From: the human T2T-CHM13v2.0 reference genome, Homo sapiens
Length of the DNA stretch: 64,000 nt
Assembly: GCF_009914755.1 (NCBI RefSeq)
Contig: NC_060933.1
Strand: one strand, 5' to 3'
Shown here: positions 1 to 13,664 of the stretch, piece by piece
Layout of the letters: each line of letters starts with the position of its first letter
How positions within the stretch are numbered: position 1 is the stretch's first letter
The notes under the pieces: generated by a model
The model's database searches: none
Told to the model about the DNA's origin: nothing
What the model saw: only the letters and a program-made list of their open reading frames with translations
Position numbers and translations under genes: made by a program

Positions 1-59
1 CTATGAAGAGAAGAGAAAATGAAAGATGAGTGAGAAGAGAGCTGGAGGCTTAGGACGGA

Positions 60-760
<701 letters not shown>

Positions 761-3700
761 GCAGCCCCTCTTTCCCTTTCTTTATCTCCCTGTCCTCCAT
801 TTGCAAGCTGTCTGCTTTGGTTCCAGTCCAGACTCCAAAACACAAAGCTCCTTCTCACGTTCATTCTCCAGGCTGTTCACCATTCCTGAAGGAACCCTCG
901 TTTTCTTTTCATTGTGGCTTCTAACCTACAGAGAGGGAGGGAGGGAGGCTGCCTGGAGTTCCTTTTATATTCCTCCCCAACCAAGAAAAAAAAAAGTTTC
1001 ATTTTTAAGCACGCGTCTGGGATGGGGAAAGACCAACCAGTTGGGGCTTTCTCCCAGGGCTCCCGGGGGCTGTGTCTGAGTGTCTGTGTTGGCTGTTTGG
1101 TTTGCTTTGGTTTTGTTTCTGGAGGTTGCTTGCAGGTTTTTGGAGGAAGTGACTAGTTTGGTTAAGAGCTGGGAACTGAGTCAGGTAAGCCGTGTCATGT
1201 TGTAACTCCACCAGAAAATGGAGGAGAGCGGGTTTCCAGGAGACAAAGCTGAGATGAGAAGTGTTTATAAAATTATGGATGTCTCCATTTTGAAGCTCTG
1301 TTGGTGATGGCTGGAGGAGGAGGAGGCTTGCTTGCCTACTCCTTCTCTCTTTCCAGAGGGAAACCTTGTGGTGGTTCCTCACTGTCTATTCATTATGCAA
1401 GGAAATGAGGGCTTTTAAGGGTTCCTCAGATTTTTCTCCACCAAAGAGTGCTTTCACAAGTTATTGAGGCGTTTGTTTCCATTTTAAAGTAAACTTTTGG
1501 AATTTTTTTTCTCCTTTTGAGTGGACCTGAAGGGTTTTGACCTCCTTCAGGAAAGGCAAGGCAAAAACCTTAAAACAGTTCCACTGAGGTCTTCACACAA
1601 CTTTAAGCTGCTCCAGGTCTCCTGAAAGTCACCAGGAAATGTGATTTCCTCCTTGTGAAGATGGTGATGGCCCTAAGCTGAGATTTTTTTGAGTTCTAGG
1701 GTTTGGTTATCATCATGTTTTGATGCATTGCAAGACTTTATTGTCTGATTTGAGTTGATTTCTGCAAATATAAAAAATAATAAGAATAATCCTGCAAGAT
1801 CTCAGAGGAACTCTAAGACTGGCTAACACCAGTTTCTCCAGGTTCTCCATTTCTCTTCAGGTCGTTCCATTTGTATGTTAGGCCTTCTTTCAGTTTCTTT
1901 GTTTCCCCTTTCCCTTTCCGTCGGCTAATTTTTTCTGTGTTCTGAAGTACTCTTAAGTCTTCAGAAATATCAGTATGTCTTCTTAACAATGTCGCTATGG
2001 AAACAAATTTTAAAAACATGATGTCAGTTGAGAAAACCTTATGTCCAGGTATCTTCACCTTTTTAATTGGGAGGAATTTATTAATCATGTAGGAAGACAT
2101 TTTGTGAGGATAATTTGAAAAAAGGACCCAGTGCTACCCTAGTCCACACACATTGATGGGAGCTCTTCACATATTAGTTTTAGAGAATGTACATAATTGA
2201 CCCAAGCAAAGAACTAAATCCCGAAATGCTTCAGGAATTTTTAAAAGCCAACCATGAAGATGTTGCTTTTCCATTAGGTGAGGTAGCCATCTTGAGGATG
2301 AGGGAAGATGTTGGAAGAATTTTAGATGAACTGTTGAAGATAGGTGAGGAGGGCTCCACGGTGGAATGAAAACTTGGAGGAGATTCAGAACCAGTTAATA
2401 TATTCTAAGGAGGCTAATTGGACCTTGCTTTCAACTAAGAAGAAATATAGAAAGGTACCAGCTTCAACAGAAATAAGGAACACATTGGTGAGCAACTTAC
2501 AACAGCATTTTTCTTGCTTTGCTTTCTCATTATGTGTCAGATTTTTTTGTGTAAAGTTCCTTATGTCTAAAATATTTTTGTACATATTGAAGTGGTTTTA
2601 GATTCCAGATGTAATTATATTCTGTTGAGTAGCTGGTAGCACTGTCACTCAGTAAATGCACAGTGCTGTATATGACAACATCACATTTTTCAAACCAAAC
2701 TGTTGTGTCATTAATTGAGGGTTATTGTTCTTCTGAGGGGTGTGAAAGGAGAGGGGAAATACATGGTTCTTTAGCTGATAATTGTCCATGGTCAATGAAG
2801 TAAAACCATGTTTGTGCAGACAAAAATGTATGGTTTCAGTTGACGTGTATGCTTATTTAAAAATACTTCTGTTAGATCTCTGCTCCTTTATGAAAAACCT
2901 AGGCCTCTCCAAGAGCACTTAAAAAAAATCCTACTTGGAATCATAACTTTTATTATTCATTTTTGAACATTATCTTTTGATACCATTACTTTTGCTCTTA
3001 AGTGAAATTTCGCCAATATTATATTTAAATTTGCTAATGCATAAATGGATGCACCAAACTGGGTGTCCAAACTGGGAAGTTCAGTTGCAATGGATAAAGA
3101 GTTATTTGGAAAAGTAATTACCAGATAATTTTACATCTAATTAACCATGTATGTTTATGTAAACATAAGTACATTATATATTGATCTTGAAACAAACTTT
3201 CATGATATCTTTTTTTATTGTTATTGATAGCAGGACAATTGGTTCATTTGCTCATTTCAGCAGGGGGGAAACATCTGACAATCTGGTTGTCAGTCCAGCT
3301 GTTTGACTCTCCACATTTTTTACTTTGCAACCAAATGTGTTGGCGTCTTAGAGTTGAACTTTTCTGGAAGGGAAAAAATAGGTATTTAAGAGGCATCTTG
3401 GAATTTGGAAATGCATTCTAACTGGTTATCTAAGACACATCCATCTCTGATGCCCTTCACCAGCATGGCAAACACCATAATATTTAAGGACATGGTTTTT
3501 TGAATTTTTCTAGACATACCCATTTGAATTAAGACAAGTATTTTGAATAAACCACCATGAGAGAAATAAAAAGTATTAAATCAGACATTTTCATTTAATG
3601 TCAAAGCTCAAAGATCATTTTTGTTTATGAGACAAGTTCATGTGGCTTATTATGCAAATTTTTTGCCATGGCTCTAATATATCACAGGGAGAAATCATGG

Positions 3701-4944
3701 AGAAATATTTGCGAGCTATGATGCATCCTGCCATAAAAAAATTCTTGTTGGATCCTCACATTGCATAATATTTCTCATATTGGATTTATGTCAGTCTAAT
3801 TCATTGACCATATTCCCCGAGGAATTGTTTTTTCCCCCTTACTCTTTGGAGTTGGAGACAACTTTTAGAGAAAAAAAAAAAAACAAACTTATCTGCTCTT
3901 CCTAATGAATCTTCCGGAAGACAGCAGAAGAAAAAAAATCCAACTCTACTAATGGACTTTAGAGTACTTGTGGTCGGTTTTCCTGAAAGAAAGGAATGGT
4001 AAAGTTGCAATGGGAAAGAGTCCTTTTTTCTGTGTGATGGAGTTTAATAGGGTCTAGTCTGTCTTAAATTATTCCTTGATGTTGCAATTACTTGGTTAAG
4101 GTAACCTTACTTATCTTCTTTATGGTATGTGCCTTTTTCAGACTTACACTTCACTGCATCATGAAATTGACAAAACTGTATCAGATATTCTAAATTGATA
4201 ATTGGAGAACAGAGATGCTGTTTCATAATGCCGCAGTCACAAATAGGAGATACATAATGGACTCTTACTGCTAAGGATCTAACATGAATGTATGACTGGG
4301 ATGATTGGTATATTCAGCAGAAGTGGAGGGAGACTATTTCCATGACTGAAAGCTAAAATCCAGTGAACTGAAAAAAAAAAAAAAATCAGTGTGTGTAAAA
4401 GCAAGTATCTTGTGAGTTTCACATACTTATGGAGTATGATGGCTTTGAGAGAAACATTAGCTAGGTGTTGGTGACCTATTAATTGATTATGAGAAAACAG
4501 AGAGGAGAGTAGATAATGCTAGAAGAAAATTCCTCTCCTTGTGTGATATGCCAAGACATCTGGCAGATGTTATGTTGGGCCCTAAGGAATGGACAGTTTA
4601 ATTTTAGCCCTTGCAAGGAAATGGGAAGTTCTAAGCTCTTTTAATAGCACAAGTCTTAGTTTGGGGAAGGTTGCTTACAAAAATAAGAAAGAAAGGAAAA
4701 GAGGCACTTAGTGTTATGTGGAAGAACTCTAGGGAGTAGGGAGTGAAAACTGAAGTTTCGGGGTGAGGAGCAAAAATATTATTTCTCATGCAGAAATTAC
4801 CAAAATTATTTTAAAAGTGACAAATATGTACACTGTAAGTAAGGACTATTAGTTATTTAATATTCACCAGGCAGAACTTCCAACTTAGAAGCTAGTTGTT
4901 TTAGGCCCTAGATCATTTAGATGAAGTCTCCTCCTTCCACTTGC

Positions 4945-5078
4945 ATTATACTGAAGAGGAAACTGGCACAAAGACATGAAGTGACTTGCACAAGGTCAGA
5001 AAGTTCAGTTGTAACCGAGCCAGGCCTAGAACTCAGGTCGGCCGACTCCAGCCTAGTGCCCTTTCCACTACCCCATTG
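4945..5078 (-). mobile_element. MIR SINE fragment
   Basis: gaggaaactggcaca...aagtgacttgcacaaggtca...gagccaggcctagaactcaggtc...gactccag matches the reverse complement of the MIR core. Confidence 0.8.
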
Positions 5079-8000
5079 CATTTGATTGTTGAGGGTTGTG
5101 AAATAGCTGCTCTCTTCTCCAGGGCCCACAGCTTTCTGAGAAACTCTGTACTCATACACTAGTGGGCAGGAGTATGGATTTTTCTTAGTTGGATTTAACA
5201 CGTTGGGGAGCCCAGGGTTGAGCGTGGTTTCATTCATAGATCCAGAGCCCAATTTTGTTCATGTGACATTCAGTAAAGTGTTAGCTCCCGGGTTTGTAGC
5301 TGTACTTTTCTTTTCATCTTTCCTGCTCTCATCTCTCATTCCATCATCCAAGGGCTTGGGAGCCCTTCTCAAATGCCCTTCTTTGGAAGTTTGTGTGAGT
5401 CTATTGCAACTTACAATAGTGCCCACAATTGGACTCTGAGGATCTATTTTGCAACGTGGTGCAGATTTAAATTGGCTCCTTTCAGAGATGCCATTTTGTA
5501 ATACTGATGAATGGCTGAGAGGGTGAAATCCAGTCTGAAACAATTACTGGTGGTTTTCCAATGTTCTTACTCATTCAAAATGTGCCCTCCGTGTATCTTC
5601 TTGGAGCCCAACTCTCTTGCAGACTAATGGCTAACCTTTTCCCATTTTCCCAGTATACATGAAATCATCCTTAAGATGACTTTTAACAACACAGACATTT
5701 AACCATGAGCAATGGGACAGTCCTGTAAGGAAGGGTGCAATGGGTTTCCACTTCTGTCTCTTCTTGGATGAGCAAAAGTGATTTTGTAAAGAAGAAGAGT
5801 GATGTTTGGAAGTTTCCACATTTTCTAAGCTCCTTCCAAACGAATGCATCAATTTTTAATCCAGGAGGCAGTCTGGAGAAGGTAGTGCTGGATGTGGACT
5901 TCTGGCAGAAACACAGTTAACGCTGTAAACAGTTGAACCTCAGTGTGGCACTCCTCCAAATGAGTTGACTGTCGAAAATAAAATGTTCCAGAAGAACTGG
6001 GAGAACAGGAAAGAAGTTAAAACAGCATGGTTTGCATGCCAGTACTAAAGGAAGAAAAAAAAGTTTGGGTTGGGAGGGCATTGGAGAGAAGATAATTGTA
6101 AGTTGAACTGTCTCTTGGATTTATAAGACCCAGGAGAAGTTTCCAAATGTGGGAAAATGGGTTTTTATGAATTTAGATTGTATTTGCAGTATGCTAGGAA
6201 GCTCTTTTGGATTTTTTTTTTCCCCTTGAACTTTGCATTTGGAGAACTGCACACACTGATAAAAGGGAAATCCATTGGAAGCAATTTGGATTTACATTTT
6301 GTGCTTGGAAATGCTATCATAAAATTTATCTTTTTTCTAAGTCCTCCTATTCTCATCAGCTGAAGCACGTACAGGATTTTTAAAGTGTTTGGATGTGTGA
6401 TTCCAACACAAAGTTAATTATTTTCACGGCTTAGAAGGACAAAGGATAGAGTGGTGTGGTGTGAGGAGGTGCTAGTATTGTCACCTACAAATGCATTGCC
6501 TTTTACTTCTGGTGAGCACATTACTTGGTGTCTTCAAAGCATTCTTGCCTAATTCCTAGCTGGAGACATTTTTTCTTGAGTTATTCTTGGAGGGAAGGTT
6601 TTTTTTGTGTGCCAGGTCATGGGTATTTTGGTATTGATTTCCTTGCTTTCATGTGTTTGCTTGTTCAGTTCACTGCATGTTGCTTCTGGATATTAATAAA
6701 ATACTTGTGCTGCGCCTGTCCACATCTTACCCCCAACCTTATTCAAAGAGTAGACCCTGTTCTTTAGGGTGAAAGGAAGTTTGACAGGTACTTATTTGTT
6801 CAAAAAATAAATACTTGAAGATGAGAACTGTGTAATTCAGGAAGTTATTTGCTAGACCTTCACATAGACAAATTTTAACAAAGACCACACCAGGAAAAAT
6901 GGAGAAAATTCTACTAGGAACCAATAGATCCTGATTAGAATGTTTTAGGATCACTTAGTAGGAAATTAAGCATTTGCCCAAGATGAGGAAGCGAAGTCTT
7001 ACCTTTGGGTTCAGCTTGGTTGGAGCACAAAAGGAGCTGTAGGCCCAGGTGAGACAACTGTGTCAGAAGTAATAAAGCCCAGGATTTGTGGAGAGAGCTT
7101 AGCCGCCACAGAGCCCAGCTGGGGAAGGCCAAACTCACTCTTAAGTTCTCGTCTGAGCAGTTGAACCAGAACACACGCTAAGGCCTCCAAATTTTGGAAT
7201 TCTTCTTTTTCCTGTTCAGATTTAAGAAGGTAATGCCATTATTCTTCAGTTTTGCTCATGTCAGCTGAGTGTTTCTCTTTTGAACTGGGAAATGCCAGAG
7301 GCTGGGGGGTGGGAGCCGATGTCCTCTAAGGGAAAATTCTCCCCGTTAACACTGCAAATGTGCCTTAACATTGTACTTATTCCTCCAAAAATAATTGTTC
7401 AGTGGCACAATGTGGGATACTTGAAAGATGTTTGCTGCACAAAGGTTCCAATACTTACCTGCAGATTAAGAAATGAGTTTCTAAACCATCTCATTTCTAT
7501 TGCTAATGAAAAGCTTTGGAAGGCACCTGTGAATTAGAGCTCCAGCTGCTATCATGGTAGGGAAGTTAGGCCTTGAAAGGATACGTGGATTAGCCTGTCA
7601 GAAAAGCAAACAGTAGCATCAGCACAAGTAGAAAATAGACAAGGTTGTTAAAGCTAACAGGAAAGTAGGCTAAAGCATTGCTGTAATTTTATAGTGGAAA
7701 TTTGCTGGGAAGGAGTGACTGGTTGGATGGGAGAAGGAAAAGAAGAGAAGCAGGAAAATAATTGACTAGCCAAATTGAAGAAGTCTGTCCACTGGGGAAG
7801 ATCCTACAGGAAGAAGTAAGGCATTGCTTTTAAGAAAGCGATTATAGCAAGTAGAAAAAGACCTTGTAATTTGGTACCTAACACATGTGAAATATGAAGA
7901 CCAGTGCTCAGGTACACATTCTTTGGCCAGTTCCTATTGTAAAAAATAGAATTGGGTTTGGAGGACAATTTATGTGACTTTGGGGTTACAATTACAGCCT

Positions 8001-8661
8001 TTCTGATAAAGGACAGATGGAAACTCAAGGGAACTGGTTAAGTAGGCCTAGGTGGAGATTTTCCTGGAAAACGAACGAAGTAGAGAATAGAGCACAGCAG
8101 AAAACAGCTGCATTATTAATGGACAGAAAATGTGATAGTCCTCTCTGAAGTGATCCATAGAGCTTCTCTACCTACACCCTGGGTGTTAGAAGAAATGAAG
8201 AACAAAGACATGCCTTTTCAGAGGGGAAAGGAATGGACTATGACTACTACCTGGCGTCAGTTTGGGTTTCAGCCATTGACTTGAGCCAAGCGTCACAGGC
8301 TGGTCTGTCCTTCCAGTCCCAGCATTTTAAAATCCAAAATAAGGCCACTGTGGTCCAGAATGTTTAGCCATTCTAATCCCTAATTACATCATCCCTCTGT
8401 GTTATGACTAATTAGTCAGCAATTGAGCACCAATCATTCAACCCAGATTGCCATGGGCCTGATGGAGGGTCCTTCGTTTGGGGTACAATTTGAATGCTGG
8501 GTTATAGCTGAAGATGACCAAAGATAGATACCAGCTACAAGTACTTATCACCCAGAATCTTTTCTCTTCAGTGGTTTCTATCTTAAATAGTCTTCTCTGA
8601 AGACTAATTAGTATTTGATAACAATAAGTGAGAAGGGAGTCTTTGTAGAAGAGACCATTTT

Positions 8662-8959
8662 CTTTTTTCTTTTCTTTTTGGAGACAGTTTTGCTCTGTCT
8701 CCCAGGCTGGAGTGCAGTGGCACGATCTCCACTTAAGCAACTGCTGCCTCCCAGGTTCAAGCAATTCTCCTGACTCAGCCTCCCAAGTAGCTGGGACTAC
8801 AGGCACAAGCCACCATGCCCAGCTAATTTCTTGTATTTTAGTAGAGACGGGGTTTCACTGTGTTGTCCAGGCTGGTCTCGAACTCCTGAGCTCAGGCAAT
8901 CTGCCTGCCTCGGCCTTCCAAAGTGCTACGACTACAGGCATGAGCCACCATGCCCGGCC
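8662..8959 (-). mobile_element. Alu (AluS-type), full length
   Basis: Dimeric Alu in reverse complement with T-rich tail. TSD AGAAGAGACCATTTT (8647-8661) / AGAAAAGACCATTTT (8962-8976). Confidence 0.96.
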
Positions 8960-9234
8960 TCAGAAAAGACCATTTTAATTTAAATATCGGAGTTCAGTTG
9001 CAAGAACTTCCCCCCTTTCTGCTGTCAATTGAATATTGTCTGTTCTAATACTGGGTAAGAACAATAGAAAATAAATATGATTGCTTCATCAAAAAAATCT
9101 GCCAACTCTATAGAGTGGGAATACCACATAGGACCTTAAAAAATGCTGTCTTCCCTCGTGGACTGACTCATAGTTAATACTGGACAACGGTTTTTATTTT
9201 TTTTTAACATTTAATATGAACCAGGGACTGTTCA

Positions 9235-9355
9235 TACGGTAGAGGAAACTGAGGTTTAGGGAGGTAAAGTAATTTAGCCAAAGTCATGAGGCTGCAAAGT
9301 GGGGGAGCCAGGATTCACATGGAGTGGGGACTGCCTCCAGAGGCCTGGCTCTCAG
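9235..9355 (-). mobile_element. MIR SINE fragment
   Basis: gaggaaactgaggtttagggaggtaaagtaatttagccaaagtca...gagccaggattc core similarity. Confidence 0.75.
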
Positions 9356-12179
9356 CTGATGGGACCCGGCCTTGGTTATTACTTAGTCTGCTAATAGCTT
9401 ATGTTCTTGATGGTTTATCTCTTCCAGTTGCTTATGCCAGGAGTATATCCTTGGAGTTCTAGAAGGAAATCTGAGAATAATGGAAAATTAATTGTAATAT
9501 ATTATTTGATATGAGAGATATAACTTATTGCAATAGCTTGAGGAAGTGTGTTTAACTTAAGAGCGCCCTTTTCTGAATTGTAGAGGAGATGATAGGGAAA
9601 AAAAGCAAGACACCATGTAGGGGACACTTTAGGAAATAAACATTTTAAAATTATATCAAACTCAGAAAAAAAGGAGCCACCTACCTGTTATGGCAGGAAG
9701 ATATGCTGGTGACTTTTTTTTTTTGTAGAAAAGGTGTTGTACTTTTTTTCTTCATAGGGCCCCTTTTGAAGCCTCAGTGCCCTGTATTGGCTCTGGTTAC
9801 TATCAGCCTGAGAAATGTTCTCAAAAGCTACGCAGATGTTTGAAAATTAGTTCTATTCTTTAATGGTCATTTTTGGAACATGGTGCAGATTCTCTTAAAA
9901 GTGTGGGTGCCGATACCCCCTCCACCCCTTTTTGTGATCACCATGTGCTCTATTTAGATCATGGAGATGTGATGAGTGCTTTGGTTTTATTTGCCTGTCT
10001 CTGAAACATCACAAGATAGTAAGGAAGTTCATGGATGAGCACAAATGTCCCTAATAGAGTGACACACTGTGCTAAGGGAGATGGAGCAGATCCAGATATC
10101 CCTACGGTATCCGAGAGAGTAGCTTTTCTGCAAATGGTGGTTGGACATTAGTTGCTGAATAGACTCTTCAGCCCCCAAGAAACTAGTGGTGGTTTTATAA
10201 AATCCTAACATTGCTATGGATCTATCCAGTTGATCTCTGGTCTCCAGACAGACCCATAATCAAAACCTTCGTAGAAGGATAAACACATGTCCTGTTTATA
10301 AAGTGTACTAGAGAAGGCCACAGAGTCATCCATTTTTACTTCTCATCCATATCATTATCTACCAAATTTATAAAAACCGTTATTTTCTTAGATAAAGGAC
10401 TAAAATAGAAAAAAGGCTTAGAAAAAATATATAAAGTGAACAATTGAACTGTGTAGTTAAAGAGAGTAAAATGGAACTGAAGCGTGTTGTTCTCTGGGCA
10501 GAATTTCTAATTTAGAGGAATAGGGACTCCATTCAGCCTTGGACAGCGTAAACTGTGACCCTAGGCAGTAGGGCCTAGCATTCTAGGATAATCCCTCAGA
10601 GAGCAGCCTGTCTCAAAGACCAGTTCTCAATGGGTTTCTTCAGTTTTCCTTTTAATTCTTTGAGGAAACCTACCCAGGCTACCCTCAGGAACTGCTTTGC
10701 AGGAAACAAGGTGAACTGGGTCAACATATCTTTGTGGATACAGTGAGAACTGGGAATTTGCGAACACATTCAATTTGAGGGGCTCCATAGGAGAGGAAGC
10801 TTGGGATATGTTCTAAGGAGGTAAACGTAGAAAGTTTATGTATGCAGGCCTGGCAAAGGAATCATTCATTCTCTTGAAAAGAAAACCACATTTTCAAAGA
10901 CAGATTCTATGATAATTTAAAAAGTACACTGTATAGATCACATAAAATAGCACGTATTTAAGGAGGTGGAATTGTATCCTTCCACTTGTGTGGAAGTTTT
11001 TGTCATTCATTCCATCTTCTCCCGTGGCTTTGCCTCCAATTAGCAATTTTGCAGGCCTGAGAACTGAAGTGGTGTTGAAGAACAGATGTCAGCTGTTTGT
11101 GAAATTCATCCCTGCCCCATGGTTGACTCAGTGTTTCAGAATACCTCACCCATTCTTTTCTGACCAGTGGCTGTAGCTTGTTAATAATGAATGAACATCA
11201 CCCATAGGTCCTGAAATTAACAAGTGTTAAATGTTAGGTGATTATTAGGGGAAAACAAGATAATCTAGTCAGTGGGCTTAATTAGGTGGTGATTGCCCAA
11301 TTGCTGCTTCATGATAATTATATTCATAACCCCATTTCTAGACATCAACTACAATTATCAAAATTGACCCCAGCATAGGTAAGTGTTAGGAATCTTATTT
11401 GAAGCAGCTTCTCAACGGTAAATATCTGATGTTTCCAATGTGCTTCTGCCTGTTCTTTCTTCCCCTCTTGCCCCCTTTCCATGATCTTTCCCCCATCTTA
11501 GTAGAAAGGTCGTGGCAATATTATTTTGTCTGTGACCATGCACATATTGTATAGCTTGTGTTGGTGTCTACAGAAAAAGAAATTCTTAAGTTTTTAGGGG
11601 TCAAGTATAACTGCAAAGCTTTCATAAATCAGCAATAGGAATCTTGAAGGATAAAAATCCCAAATTGGCTGGATTGTTATTTACCTCAGCACATGAAACC
11701 TGTTAAGTCGATTGAATATGATTCATTTGAATAGATCTTTTACTTTATAAGGCATAATCTTAAAACGAAAAAGAGAGTCATCTGTGTTTAAGATAATGCC
11801 TTAGCAACATGATCACTAAGATTTGAGGGAACTGTTAATCGAGAACTTTTAACTTTATATCACCCCTTCCTTTCCTCCAAATTATGAAATTTGCTGCCAG
11901 TGTATTCTAGTATAAAAAAGAACGTGTCATTACTAGGGACGTTGTTTACTGTTTATCTCCCAAATGAAGTCAATGATTTCCAGGAAATACTAACAACAAC
12001 CTGTATCAGAAGTGATACAGTGTGGGTATGTCAGTGTGACACTGTGAATCACTGGGCCAGATTGTCATTTGGCAGGCTTCCCTTTCTGACATGCAGTTAT
12101 ATGGGAAAATAATGCACTTGAAACTTGCACACCATGGCTGAACTTCAGAGCAACTAAGAACAACTAGGAACTCAGCTAC

Positions 12180-12270
12180 TGTATATATTGCTTTATATGT
12201 GTATATATGTATATGTATGTATATGTACACACATGTATCTCTATACATAGAGAAAGATAGATAGATAGAT
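12180..12270. repeat. Degenerate (TA/TG)n plus (GATA)n simple repeat
   Basis: tatatgtgtatatatgtatatgtatgtatatgtac...gatagatagatagata. Confidence 0.8.
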
Positions 12271-12384
12271 ACTCTCTAGGCACTTATTTTTCTCTAAAAC
12301 ATCAAGAGTGCAAATAGTCATCTCTTAGAATTTCTGGGGTGAAAATGCAGTTCTCTGTGCAGGGGTCTCTGTTAAGAAAGTGAT

Positions 12385-12598
12385 GTGTAGTAGGTGGAAT
12401 ATACTCTTTGGGGCCACACAAGCTGAGGCTGAAATTTGTCTCTGTCCATTACTAGCTGTGGGACCTTGAGTAAGTCATTTATCCTTTCTGTCCCCATGAT
12501 TTCCTACCCAGTAAAATAGAAATTATTATAATTTGAATCTGTAGAACTAACATAAGGATTAAAAAATAATATGTGTCTAAGAGTCCTGGCTCATAATG
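12385..12598 (+). mobile_element. MIR SINE
   Basis: actagctgtgggaccttgagtaagtcatttatcctttctgt...gtaaaatagaaattattata...aaggattaaa matches the MIR core and tail. Confidence 0.75.
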
Positions 12599-13470
12599 GC
12601 CAGGAAGGAAGAAAGTGATAGTTTCTTCCTTCCTCACTGATAGAGAAACTGAGGCAGAGATCTTCTCCAGGGCTTTGCCCCATTTATCTATGGTCAGTAT
12701 ATTAGGTATTTTGTTCTTGGTCTTAAAGTCAGCTTTTGGAATCCTGCTTGTTTAATTTTGTGCTGTGTGTCCCTTTACTGATGAGTAGTCTTTGCTGCAG
12801 TTGTCCATTCCCAGCTAGACTTTATTACATCTTCAACTGATGTTCTGTGGATGAAGCAGCACTCTGTATTGCTGTGTGTGCATTCAGTAGGAGCTTGTAA
12901 ACTACCCGAGAATGATGCCATTTCCTCTTGGAAAAAGTACATTTATATGGTAACAACGCCTTCAACCTGACCTTGCAGAGCTATTCCCTGGAGTGTTGTA
13001 GGGGAACAATTTTTAATAAACATGAAGTTTTCTGAGCTTTTCAGAAGAAAGATGTTATTACTGTTCCTATTGTTTGGCATCATTCTGGCAAAAATGATAT
13101 GTCGAAGAAAATTGTCCTTATTGCAGAGAAAATATTGGCTGTGCTGTTTATATAAATGTTGTCTGCCTCACTGTTGCTCTACTCACATACATATCTCTTA
13201 GCCAGTTTGAGGACTGCCCCATAGCCTGGCTTAGAAATGCTTTGGTTTTCTCTGTGCAAATGTTTATTTCAATAGTCCACATCTACTTGGTCTTACTAAT
13301 GTACTATAATATCAGATGCTTTGAGACCTCACGGGTAAGGAGACTAATTTTAGAGTGTTTTAAGGGTAGATGATATTTTAAAATGTAGAAAACGTGGAAT
13401 GGTGTTGGTAGGGCCTAACCAGACTTACCTTATTGGGTCTGGCCAAAAGGACATTCATTGGTAGCTTTAT

Positions 13471-13503
13471 TGGTGGTGGTGGTGGTGTGGTGGTGGTGGT
13501 GTG
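13471..13503. repeat. (TGG)n trinucleotide repeat, interrupted
   Basis: tggtggtggtggtggtgtggtggtggtggtgtg. Confidence 0.85.
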
Positions 13504-13664
13504 AATGTTAGTGGGAAAGATGAAGAACATGTAAGTGGTTCTTTGGTAAAACCATATAGTGATTTTTCACCTGTACAAGCAAACTACTCATGATTTTTTT
13601 TTTTTTTTTTTTTTTTTTTACATTTGGGAAATTTCCAGAGAAATAAATATGTCATTGGAATGTT

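Noticed and set aside
1813-2100. 95-aa Lys-rich minus-strand ORF
   Set aside because: Composition follows from the pyrimidine-rich + strand; no recognisable homology. It cannot be fully excluded without a search.
3645-3659. Octamer ATGCAAAT (and TTGCATAACAA at 36042-36052) as SOX-OCT composite sites
   Set aside because: The SOX half-site is poor in both; matches of this quality are expected by chance in 64 kb of AT-rich DNA.
8438-8978. Alu-derived ORFs (also 13584, 24333, 45174, 49817, 54071)
   Set aside because: Standard Alu translation artefacts.
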